This document shows positions 52,867-64,000 of a stretch of 64,000 nucleotides of DNA, one piece after another. Source of the stretch: Azolla caroliniana (taxonomy: Eukaryota; Plantae; Polypodiophyta). The notes under the pieces were generated by a model. That model did no database searches and was not told where the DNA came from. It worked only from the letters and a program-made list of their open reading frames with translations. The stretch spans positions 22,196,001 to 22,260,000 of the forward strand of contig JBHGNT010000005.1 of the NCBI GenBank assembly GCA_043228905.1, read 5' to 3'. The position numbers were made by a program, and so were the translations under genes. Position 1 is the first letter of the stretch. Every line of letters begins with the position of its first letter.

Positions 52867-52974
52867 CGTGTGGTTCCGAGAGAACTCGTCGATCAAAAAC
52901 CGAAATCCTGGCTCCTGAGAAAACACGAGCATAATCGTGCTCCCTGCGAGGAGAGGTTAGAAGTGTAGAGATAG

Positions 52975-53037
<63 letters not shown>

Positions 53038-53080
53038 TTCTTAAATGCAGCAAATTGAGGTAGAGATTACACAGAGAGAG

Positions 53081-53118
<38 letters not shown>

Positions 53119-53260
53119 TTTTGTTTTGTTTTGATTTGATTTGATTTGGGTGATTTTCTGTAGAACCAAGGAATTAGGGGAAAGAAGAAAGAAGAAGAAG
53201 AAGAAGAAGAAGAAGAAGGATGTGTGGATCTCTCCCCACTCCATCTCTGCTCACACCTTC

Positions 53261-53277
53261 TAAACCCTAACCCTAAT
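53261..53277 (+). promoter_or_regulatory. Telo-box (AAACCCTAA) in the UBP promoter/5' region
   Basis: TAAACCCTAACCCTAAT ~300 bp upstream of ATG 53579, among GA/CT tracts. Confidence 0.5.
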
Positions 53278-53578
53278 TAACTCCCCCCCAAATAACACAA
53301 ATTCTCTGTCTCTGTCTCTGTCTCTGTCTCTCTCTCACACAGAGCCTCACACAAGAACAGAGTTTGCACAGAGGCGAAAGAAAGCTCTGTTTCCCTGCTC
53401 TGTTTCCCTTCACATAATACACCACATATCCATGTATACATAAGCAGAAGACAGAAACCTGCGTTTTCCCTTCATACTTACATACATATATATCTACAGA
53501 AGATAATCCTCTGTTTCTTCACATATATATATATATATATATACAGAGAGAGAAAGGGGGGCATATATATGTTAGAGC

Positions 53579-56500
53579 ATGGAGAACTCTATCATGATTG
53601 CTCTGTGTAACTCCACCTTCAGTATGTTGATGAACATAGGAGATGGAGATGGAGGTAATAATAACCTTTTCACGGATTCTTCTTCCTCTTCCTCTTCTTC
53701 CTCTTCAACCTTATTTACTGTGTTTGGAGCTTTGGCTATGGGAGCTATTGTTCTCGCTGGTCGTGTTTCAGCACGATCTTTCTCCTCTGCCTTCAAACCT
53801 CGCAATTTGTTTGATTTCTATGCGATTCATCATCGTAGTCGAGCTTCTTCATTATTATCTTCTTCGTCATCATCAGAAATAGATAATCTCTCAGTCCCTG
53901 GTCTTCGGAATGTTGGGAATAATTGCTTCCTCAATGCGGTTCTTCAGGTAAGACCCTCAATCTCCCTCTCTTGTTTCATCACTAAATTTCTGTCTATCTA
54001 TACATGAAACATGCATATGAACATGTCCCTATGGTGCATGGTCACTGTACAATCTGTCTAATATGAACAGAAACACTTCCTTTGTTGTGGTTCTATATCC
54101 TCTCTTGAGAGAATTCCTTCCTAGTATCAGAGAGATCTGTCATGTCAATAGAACTCATTTCAGAATGGTGGAAAACCTTATGTAGATACTTTAATGACCT
54201 GCAGCTTCCTCACTCTATCTGATTTGATGATTAACTGAGTGAAATAGTTTCATAATCTAGTCTACCGTGATCAATTAGAATTTAAATAACTAAATAGAGA
54301 AGTTATGAACATTGTTTCATATGAGCATTTGTCCCCATGCACTTTTGCAAATGCTATAACGCATGTTTTCATACCCTCATACTCATGTTTGCGATTAATA
54401 TAAGTTACATGCTTGCGAATCAAGATTCTTTTCCATTTGGTTTAACCTCAGGTTTCTATGCGTGTTATGTGGATATAGGTGCCTTTATTCAAATTATCCA
54501 CACATACAAGTCCTTTTAATATAGGATGCAAATCGATTCCATGGGCATTTGATACACAATCACTGAATGACATCAGTTTTCTGTGGATCTATAATACATG
54601 TGGATTTGGGTAGAAGTGCATTTAAAACAGTGTATCTATCTATGATTCAGTTGAAACAGTTAGTTTGACCCCTAGAGTTGCAACTATCCTGTTGTCATAT
54701 GTTTATTGATAAGCCAACCAAGACGAGAAATATGTGTTTTGTTTAAGAGATGGATTAATAGACCATTTTTTGTACTTCCATTGAAGGAAAAGCAGAATAG
54801 TAATATATTTTCTTTCAAAGCCTGAGATGCTCCATTTATGCAGGCGCTTGCTAGCTGTGATGTGCTGTTAACATTTTTAGATAAAGAGAGAATATTTTCA
54901 GCATGCCATGGTGTAGAGAAAAACTGCCCCGAGCTTCCGCTTACTGAGGCCCTTTCAGAGCTCCTAAGGGGTATAATTAAAATTTTTGAGTTTGGTCTTT
55001 CATTTCTCAACTGCATTGTTACGTAATCTGGAGTTTAATAAAAAATGTATTTGTTCTCTTTGTTTTCTTATTCTCCCAGAATTATCAGTGATCGAATCTC
55101 AGAGGCGTGTTGTGAGTCCATGTCGAGTCATGCATGCCCTTGAGCCTTATGCAAAACAATTCGATCTTGCCATACAACAGGTTAGAAATTCCTGTACTCA
55201 TTATTGGGTGTACGTATTTTTTTCTTAGTGGGGGGTAGGGCCAATTGTCATTTGTGGCAAGTGAGCCTGCGGGCAAGGATGTGAGGGCTGTACCCCAAAG
55301 CACCATGTTGACCCCCCCACGATCCTAGTTTTGTATGTGTGTGTATATGATGTTCTAATATTTTTTTTTTATGAACATATCAGGATGCAGCAGAGGCGCT
55401 TACGCATATCACAAGTGCTCTGCACGAAGAGCAATTAGCATTCTTAAGAAGCTGTAATCCCCATGAGATGAGCATAGACAAAAAAAATTCTTTCAATGGA
55501 ATGCATATGCAAAGTAATGTAAGTGGGAAGGAGAAGAATGACTTACCGACATGTTGGCCAATGGAAGGAACTATTGGGAGTATGCTGACTTGCCAAGAAT
55601 GTGGTTTTCAGGTGCTTGAATTTATTGGCCTTGTTTCCAATATTTAATTTTGTCTTTCAAAATGTAATGAACTTTTAACATATAGCATCTGTGGTGCAGT
55701 TTGCAACCTTGTTTCAGTCATTTAATGATGTGCCACTATCTCCACCACTTCTGCCTGATGGGAACATTGTAAGTTAAAATTGTGGTTGACTTTTACATGT
55801 AAAAGACAATGAATGAAAATGTAGCTGCTTTTGCTGGATTCTGAAATCCTAGCTCCTTTTGGCCAGGCAGAGGAATGCACTTTAGAGGCGTGTTTAGAAC
55901 AGTTCACAGCTCCAGAGTGCATCACAAATGTCAAATGCAGTTATTGCTCGCACGTATTTGCGCTACGCCTTCTACACCAGAAAGAAAAAGTGAACAAGGT
56001 AGTCAAAGTTAATTTTCTTCTTTCTGTTTTTCACGCCCCCTTAATTTTTATGTACCTAAGAAAAGCATATGAAGTCACTCATCGACAAGGGGTGTAATAA
56101 TCATTCATTTCCCCCTCCTGTTGATATGGATGACAATCTGTGATCTGGAGCTTTTTCTTGAGTGAAGTTCTTCCTGTGGGTACCCACCCAAGGTCGAGGT
56201 TCATCAGATGTTCACTTCATTCCATCTCTAGGTTAAAAATCTGTAGCTTTATCCTTGCATTAAATGACTCCAGATCTTCATTTATCGAGCTCTGACTGCA
56301 GATTTTAATTGTTATTTTGCTTGACTACGTTTCTCTATTTCTCCAGGATCTATCACATAGGATACAACAATGTACCTTTGGTGATGATTGCTATTGTGAG
56401 AGCTCTGTTACAAAAGAGGGTGAAACATGGAAAAATGTATATGTCAATGCTTTGAAACAGTTGAGATTTGACCGTTCTCCCGAGGTATTCTTTCAATTTC

Positions 56501-58152
56501 CATCTCTGTTTGTAAAAAGACATCATGATATGGTGGTATAAAGGTCACTATTGCATTTTAGAATGTACTTCCAAGCTCAGTATCCTAGAGAAGAACATCA
56601 TGACATAGGTGATATAAAAGCCACTATTGCATTATGGGATGTATTTTGAATCTTAGCCAAATTGTCTCAGCGAGCTGTGAAGTTCTACCACATGTTTTGT
56701 GAAGCAGAGAGTGATATTTTATCATCATAATATAACTCGTACAAAAACCATCTCTCATTGATTCCAGGTGATCTGCTGTCATATGCAGCGAGTTATTGTC
56801 TCTAACACTGGGGATCTTGCGAAATGGAAGGTAAAAAAACATATATATACCTTAGCATATGTTGTTGATGTGTTCCATAATTAATATTTTGTATATTTTA
56901 TTCGTAGGGGCGTGTGAAATTCCCGTTTGTTCTGAATTTTTTTCCTTACACACTTTCTGCACAAGGTTACACTGAGCAAAAGTATCAGTCATTAGCCAGT
57001 ACCCCATTTCATTGGATGGACCATGAAGAGTTCCTGCACAAGTATGTGTGGCACAAAATACCTCAGGGCAATGCACCTCATCTTCATAGGGACCCTTTAA
57101 GTACCTCTGATGAATCAACCTCTGATGACACTCATGCAAGTTCGTCTACTAGTGATAGTGAAGATTTAGCTTCTGAAATGTCCTTTGAAAGTATGGTTTG
57201 GAGATGTGAAAATTCTGAGCAAGAGATGTATGAAGAGGCGTATGGATGTGATCGGCATGATGGCCCTTTCTCGGTACATTGCGATGGTCGCTGGAACAGC
57301 AGTGCTTCATTTATGCAAAAGGATGGAACTTTTGAAGATAGGAAGGTGCCTTATTCTTGTGGCTATCAAGCAGATGAAGATTTTGCAATGGAAAGTGATA
57401 CACAAGATGCAGTACCTATGTTATCTGTGGCTGATACATTGGATGAAACTATCCACTATGAACAAGGACAAGATGATAAATTTAAGAGCAAGAATTGGTC
57501 ATATGAGCTTGTTTCAGTAGTGGTACATGATGGATCTCCTGGAAACGGACATTACATCGTTTACAGAAAGGCAAAGCTGAAAAAGGAAAAAAAACCCCAA
57601 AAGGAAAGTAATTTACAAATATCTCAGCAAGGCTCTTTGGATGTTGATATGGAAGTCGAATCAAGTGAAGTGCAAAATGTGATAGCTCTCAACACAACTG
57701 ATACATCGAAATGGGTTGGCTCAATGGTTTTAGACAGCAGTTGTGAAAATGATGCAAGATCCAGTGTTAATGAATGTGAAGCTTGTCTACAATATGATAG
57801 AGAATCAAAAGATCGCACTCTACTTGCTTCTTCTTCTTCTTCTTCGTTAATAAACAGCGGTTGTGAAAATGATGGAAGATCCAGTGTTAATGAATGCGAA
57901 GCTTGTCCACAATATAATAGAGGATCAAAAGATCTCACTCTACTTGCTTCTTCTTCTTCGTTAGGATTGGAAAAGGGATATTCTCAAGGTATCCAGTCTC
58001 TTTCTTTCCAGATGAAACCTCTTAGAGATTGTATTGCAGAAGACGAGTCTGTGCTTTGGTTCAGAGTCTCGGACTCTCAAGTGGATCTAGTGACAGAGCA
58101 GGATGTTATGATGGCAGAGGCAACCTTGCTTTTCTATGAGAGATGTTCATAG
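53579..58152 (+). CDS. UBP27: Ubiquitin-specific protease (peptidase C19), UBP27/USP30-like with N-terminal membrane anchor, ~823 aa
   Basis: 9 GT-AG exons: 53579-53947, 54844-54970, 55080-55180, 55384-55611, 55700-55768, 55867-55998, 56347-56484, 56768-56830, 56908-58152 (2472 nt, in frame). Cys box GLRNVGNNCFLNAVLQAL, QQDAAE, CQEC and CSYC zinc pair, His box VVVHDGSPGNGHYIVYR, WFRVSDSQV..ATLLFYER; hydrophobic LFTVFGALAMGAIVLAG anchor. Confidence 0.92.
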
Positions 58153-61100
58153 AAGAGCAAGGCAAACATTGAATGTGTAACAACACAACAAATGATATGA
58201 TTTTTTATCTTAATTTTGGAGGCATTGCACACTAAAGAGAATGCAGTAGAGATGAAGCTGACATTCGGCAACTAAGGGAGTCACACAATTCTCCCGTAAC
58301 CTCAACCCAATCCCGATTTTTAAAGGATCAGTCCTTTCAGCGATTTATATACTATATCCTATACTGTAAACCCTAAACCCTAAACCTCCGTTTATATAGT
58401 GGAAGGATCATAAAATTTAAACCTTCGCACAAGCTCCCACATGGTTTAGCGTTTAGGGTTTAATATAGATATATAAGCTTTAAAAACCCATCAGAACATG
58501 AGCTATTCTTCACTGGAGATTTGGCCGACTGCTTCAGAAGCTCGGTTTTGGGTTATACTAACTTTGTTGAGAGTCTTATAGAAGCGAGTGTGTTATTTTT
58601 TAAAAGAGTTTCAATGCTCAGCACAGAGGGCAGCGATATTTAACTAGAAAATTTAAGCTGATCCGAGTTTTGTAATCGAGGAGACAGAATATGGAAAATG
58701 CCGTTCTAACAATTTTACATGGATATGTTAGAAGACGAATTCAGAATCTGTGTAGTACTAACGTTCTCCACCTTTGTTTTTTTCATCCCTATTTTATTTG
58801 GTTATTCATAATTTAGTCCATTTTGTGGTACAATTTATCTAGAAAGATGGGTAAGAAATCTGCCTGTTGCAAAATATCCCCATGTTCCCTTTTGAGTTTT
58901 GGACGATATATTCATTGTAGAAAATGAGAAAACCTTCTGTTGTTTCCCAAATGTCACCTCATGGTTTACTGAATGCTTTTGTTTGTCATGACATGTAACT
59001 CAAGGGATCATAATTTCTTATTGAATTCTATTTCCCAGCATATAGTGTGCTGAGGGATGGTGAATAAATGACTCTTCCTTACTCTCCCAACTGTATGACC
59101 GCACCCTGGATGGTGGTCTCTGTGATGACAGCTGAGTCGTTTCATTGAGCTCTATGAGACTTGTACTTTTACAGTTAGTTGTGTTTTACGTAAGGTCTAT
59201 CAAATTTCCAGCGATTGTTTACCGTGGACCAAGGAACATCTAAAGTAAAACTATAATGTGTGGTTTGTAGGCTATGTCTATTTCATTGAGTGGATTTTGT
59301 TGTTTGTTGGGAAGCAGATGGTGAATGCGTTGTGTATGTTTTGGTCATCGAGACTGCAATGATAAAAAAATGACTGTCTTTTTGAGGTTTTTGGAAGCAT
59401 GCTTCTATGCTTAAACATAATAACTTCAACCATAGAGAACCTTGCTTCTTGGGTATTGTATAACTCCTAACTAATATTTTAGGGCAAGAAAGGATAGTAA
59501 AAGATATATGTATTTCTTTTTTCCAAAAAAAAACTATTTCCATTAGTTATAAAAGATATATGTATTTCTTTGCTTGCTTATGATTCTCTAAGTAAATAAA
59601 CCTATACTTTGTATCATATATGTAATTTAACCTTATTGTGGGAATGTGAAATCAACCATTCATACCATACTCCCCTCATTTAGTTGTCACATCAAATGCA
59701 CTACTAATGTATCACTTGGTAATAAATGGATTGTAGAGAGGTAATGCATGGTTAATTGATGGATCATGTATGAATGAGTCATGTGTGGGATGCATTCAAC
59801 ATTTGTAGATGAAGGCATAAGGATTTTACTTTGAATATGTCTTTATTGACTAGAATTTTTGTTTCAAGTTGAAGTGGTTCATTGAGTTCAAGTAATAGTC
59901 TTCCCTCTTGTAGGCTATATTTGTAAAGAAGTTCATCAAACTTCATTGAGCTCTGGTTGCAAAATTAGTACAAGAGAATTGAACTAAGACATACAAAAAG
60001 AGTTAATAAGAGAAGAAACGCTATCTCAAATAAAAATTGTTCATCACTCCTTAATCAATAAAGGAGAATGGAAATCTCAAATAAGTTTGAAATCACTTTT
60101 TATTAATATGCTCAATCAAGATTACAAGAACAAATGAGTGCTTAAAAGAGGATTGTAACTTGGGTGTAAAGAGAAAAAAAAAGTGAGAATATTTGATGAC
60201 AGTCACAAAATGGAACTTTATAACCATTTCCCAAACAATGCTTGCCCTCAAGGGAAAGGGCTTTCACACTTACTTTATGGAAAATAGATTTTTATCTTTA
60301 AGGGTAAGGATACTTTCTATTGTGATACCTATGACTACTTTTTAGAGGATGGCATGTATTTCTATCCTTTTGACACACCCTAGTTTCACCTCTATAACAA
60401 TCCTACCTAGGGGCTCACATTCGATCTCAACATAGGCCCAACTCGTTGCTAACTAGTCGGCCTATGGATGCATGTCAACAATGAACATATTACCTCCATG
60501 AACGAGAACAATTTTTAAACAATGGTCGACACATGCGTCATACCCCCTTTTGGTAGTTTTAGTAGATCACTACCATTATTTGCGCAGTTACACTACTCAC
60601 AATTGGCTAGTAGGCAACGCAAAAAAATTCTTCACCGTCGACTCCCAGATGTTGGACTTTTAATTACAAGTTCTAGTTGAAACTACAAAGATTAAGAGAT
60701 AGAGTTCATTAATGGCAACAAAGACATCAAAATCTTGATTAACATCTTCGATTGATGATTCCATATTAGGCTATATATCAGGGCTATCATATACACAATA
60801 TTAGAAAGATAACCTGCATGAGTATTTCGAATTTAATATTTTACATTCTAATACGTGAATGTTCAAAGTCCTAATATGTATTGGGAGGGTGAGCAAGGGG
60901 GTCTCTAGGTGAAAGAATATTTGTATTGCTTTTAGGGGGTCGATTATCCTAAGACTCGTTTTTACTTTTTGGGCACAACCCACCTAGATGAATCACGTTA
61001 AGGTTTTGTTGTATGCATGTGAAACGTGAGTTGGATCACTGAGGACCTAAACCAGAAAGTATGATTACCTTGAGGCGTTGATGCCATAGTGCTCAAGGAT

Positions 61101-61212
61101 CATGGATTTACACACTTGGATTTCTTTTGAAGAGCTAAATTTCTCTTTTTTCAAATTCTTGTGCACGTTTAGCACTTTCGTGTGTTTGCATTATTATATA
61201 TATATATATATA

Positions 61213-62367
61213 CATAGATTGAAATATTCGCATTCGTGGGGCCTCCCCCACGAATCCCAACGAATGCGTATACGAATATTTCTTCTAATATTCGTTAACT
61301 TTTTTTCCCCCTTTTTTTCCCCTAATTTTTTTTTTGGAAAAAATTCAATCGACGAGTAGCGAACAGAGACTTTCTGTTTTCTTGCCTTTCTCTCTCGCCT
61401 GCTCCCATTGAAGCTCCAATCCTCCTCTGCATCTTCCTGCGCGCAATCTCTTCTTCTTCGCAGTCTACAGAAACAACAGATTCAGGTATGCTCTTGCTTC
61501 TCCTCTGATTTTCCTGCAAGAAATATATGCTCTTTCGTGTAGTTTTGTTCTCTCACGAGAGAGAAGAGAGAGAATTTTTTGTTCTCGAATTTGGTTTTCA
61601 TCGAATTTTTTGTTCTAGAATTTGTTCTAGAATTTCATTTCATAAATCATAATTCGTTCCTTGTAGTCAGATTTTGTTTATTCTGCATTATGCAACAAAA
61701 TATAGAAATGAAAAAATCCATGTGCATATGTACTATGAAGAAGTTGCTCTAATAAACAATGCAACCAAAGGAATGAAGAGTCTCCTTTGCTTGTGCATGT
61801 TCCAAAGTGCAGAAAAAACCAAATCAGAGTGCAATGAAAGAACATTGCATTATGGAATAGTTCACTGTCGCCTAATTCTTTTAGTTATTCTCATAGGTTA
61901 GGGTCCAGGGAACAACAAAGGCTGAAGGTTAATTTACACAATGGTGAAACAAGACTTTTGAGAATGCAAAATCAAGCTATTGATGAAAATGAAGCTCATA
62001 AGGACATTATGGATGAGCTTGAAGATACGGATGATGAATGTGATAGTGCATAGAGTCTTAAGCATTTCGAAGCATTACTTAGAAGTTAGAAGTTAGAACC
62101 TAGAATTTAGAAATTACAATATAACGGCTCATAATCGCTTTAATTAAAACTTTTCTTTCTTATGTTAGTGTGATTTTGAAGACCTTCCATTTTTCTATAA
62201 ATTGGTGATTTTTCCTTTTTTTTTTGAGTGAATTGAATAATTTTTATTATATAAATTTATTTTCCATAAACGAATGGTTTTATAATATTCTTGGAGCAAT
62301 TTTATATTCTCGAATACTACGAATATTGCGGATGTCGAATACCACGCATATCACGCATGCTTCAATC

Positions 62368-62371
<4 letters not shown>
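61213..62371 (+). mobile_element. Non-autonomous hAT-type DNA transposon inserted in a (TA)n tract
   Basis: 11-bp perfect TIR CATAGATTGAA / TTCAATCTATG; subterminal CGAAT(A) motifs at both ends; (TA)n on both flanks (compatible with an 8-bp TSD); internal promoter-like segment, splice donor at ~61486 and acidic tail ELEDTDDECDSA*. Confidence 0.8.
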
Positions 62372-62398
<27 letters not shown>

Positions 62399-63121
62399 GT
62401 TTGTAATCAAGTAGATAAATGTGTGAATGTGTGTGAGTGCAAAATATGTATGGTACATGTTTATGAGGGAAATGTAAATTTGTGCTCGCATTTGTTTGCG
62501 ATTGAGGTTTGCTATTTCTACATGAATTAGTCTATGGGAAAAGGAATATTTGTATTTATGTATGAGATGTTTAGGTGTGGTTGTGTGTGCCAATTTCTAG
62601 GTGATATTATATATTTAGGAGTGGTTGTTTGAGAAGTGCATTGGAAGGTACGAAAAGGGTATTTAGGGAAATTAGTCCTCATCCTTTGACTAGTGGGTAG
62701 AAAGTTGATTTGTTTGCCAAAGTTTGGAGCAAATAAGAAAAAAGAAAAGAAAAGAAAGGGTAGAGGAATAAGAAAAAAGGGGAGAGAAAAAGGTAGAGAG
62801 AGAAGAGGAGAGAGAAAGAAAGAAAGAAAGAAAGAAAGGTGGAGGAGAACGTTTGATGAGGAGAACGTTCCAATTTCTCACCCAGAATCAGGATTCTTAA
62901 AAATCTGGCATGTAGCTTGTGTTGAATTCTTCTCATCGACAATGTAAATGATCAATGTGGTAAGCTTCGGAGGGATATCCATTAGATGACTTCGTTGCTT
63001 CTTATAGTAGGTGGTCTCTAACACCCTCTTGATTTGTGAGTCTAAGCTTGTCCGAAATTTCAACTATGCTTCCACCTTGATCCCCTTACAATGAGCTCTC
63101 CTCTCACTTTTATAGGTCTCT

Positions 63122-63510
63122 GGAGCACCTCATGCAAATAAAAATGAGATTTTTTAGCACCCACACCTCGTTTTCTCACCTTTGCATGCAATCCTTTTCC
63201 TTGAGCGCTAGGAGCACCTCATGCAAATAAAAATAGTAGTCTTTTTTAGCATGCACACCTTTTCCTTGAGCGCTTGGTGTAAGCAAAATGCTGGTGTCCA
63301 TGACCATCCATTTGCATTCTTCTAATTGGTATTCACTTGATCTCTCGTAGTTTAAACAAGACTTGAACCCTTAAAACTTACACTTTTAGTATAAGCTCTT
63401 GATGATTGAGCTATGACCTCTTGTTGTCTTTAAGTTCATCCAACCCTTAAACTTTTGTCTTAGTGTAAGCTCTTGATGATTGAATTTTTGTTGTCTTTGA
63501 GTTCATCTTA
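63122..63510. repeat. Two pairs of short direct duplications (possible LTR/TE interior)
   Basis: GGAGCACCTCATGCAAATAAAAAT at 63122 and 63211; AACCCTTAAA...TAAGCTCTTGATGATTGA...TTGTTGTCTTT.AGTTCATC at ~63366 and ~63442. Confidence 0.7.
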
Positions 63511-64000
63511 TCATATGACCTATTTATACTTTTTTCCTACCCTTCAATCTTTTATCTATATCTAGTTTAATCCATTTCCTCATGCATGCACCTCACATCA
63601 CAACACCGTGTAGAAGTTGATTATATTCATTTATGAGAGAACGAACACATGATCGTGTAGAAGTTGATGGTGTGTCTGTCTATCCACTAGGTTTGAGGTC
63701 GTATCAGAACTCGATTGGTTACGACTTCTTGCACACCTTTGGTACATTCTAACAAAAGAAAACAAGATATATCGAGAAATTATTGTGACTAAAATATAAC
63801 AAAAGTTTTCTAAAATACAAACCTTTCACCCCGACACAACAACACAATTTACAGTTAAAAATTAAGGCTCAAGTAAAGAAAAAACGCAATAAATTATGCA
63901 CTTACCTAGAATTTGTGGATTGGGGCCAAGCAAGATGTGGTGTTTGAATTGCCATGGTCTAGGGAAGTACCCACGACTAAAGCTTTGGGTGTTCTTTGTG

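Noticed and set aside
52325-53053. Several 100-240 aa ORFs on both strands (Phe/Cys/Ala-rich or Lys/Gln-rich)
   Set aside because: Translations of the GCAAA/TTTGC repeat and (GA)n tracts; no domain signal.
58368-58386. Interstitial telomere / chromosome fusion site
   Set aside because: Only 2-3 units per side; too short to distinguish from telo-boxes or a MITE.

Overview
Eukaryotic plant nuclear DNA: AT-rich, spliceosomal introns, very microsatellite-rich. The repeat and gene style suggests a fern or another seed-free vascular plant, which is an inference. Three intact multi-exon genes, all on +, were reconstructed by hand from splice sites and reading frame. (1) A 16-exon STRUBBELIG-receptor-family LRR-RLK with a degenerate kinase (13148-20742, ~738 aa). 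(2) A 4-exon thylakoid bestrophin-like VCCN/UPF0187 channel (31654-34766, ~829 aa) that is about twice the usual length because of a Ser-rich N-terminal array of ~40-aa tandem repeats, and that uses a GC-AG intron. (3) A 9-exon UBP27/USP30-like deubiquitinase (53579-58152, ~823 aa) with large insertions. Around them lie two decayed Ty1/copia elements (one with paired LTRs and a TSD, one with nested insertions), a solo LTR carrying a tRNA-like Pol III promoter, a gypsy remnant with a tRNA-Trp PBS, LINE remnants, Mutator-like and hAT non-autonomous elements, PPR pseudogene(s), tRNA-derived SINE-like heads, a ~1.5-2.2 kb local duplication and several unusual hexamer arrays. The most notable item is the repeat-extended bestrophin.
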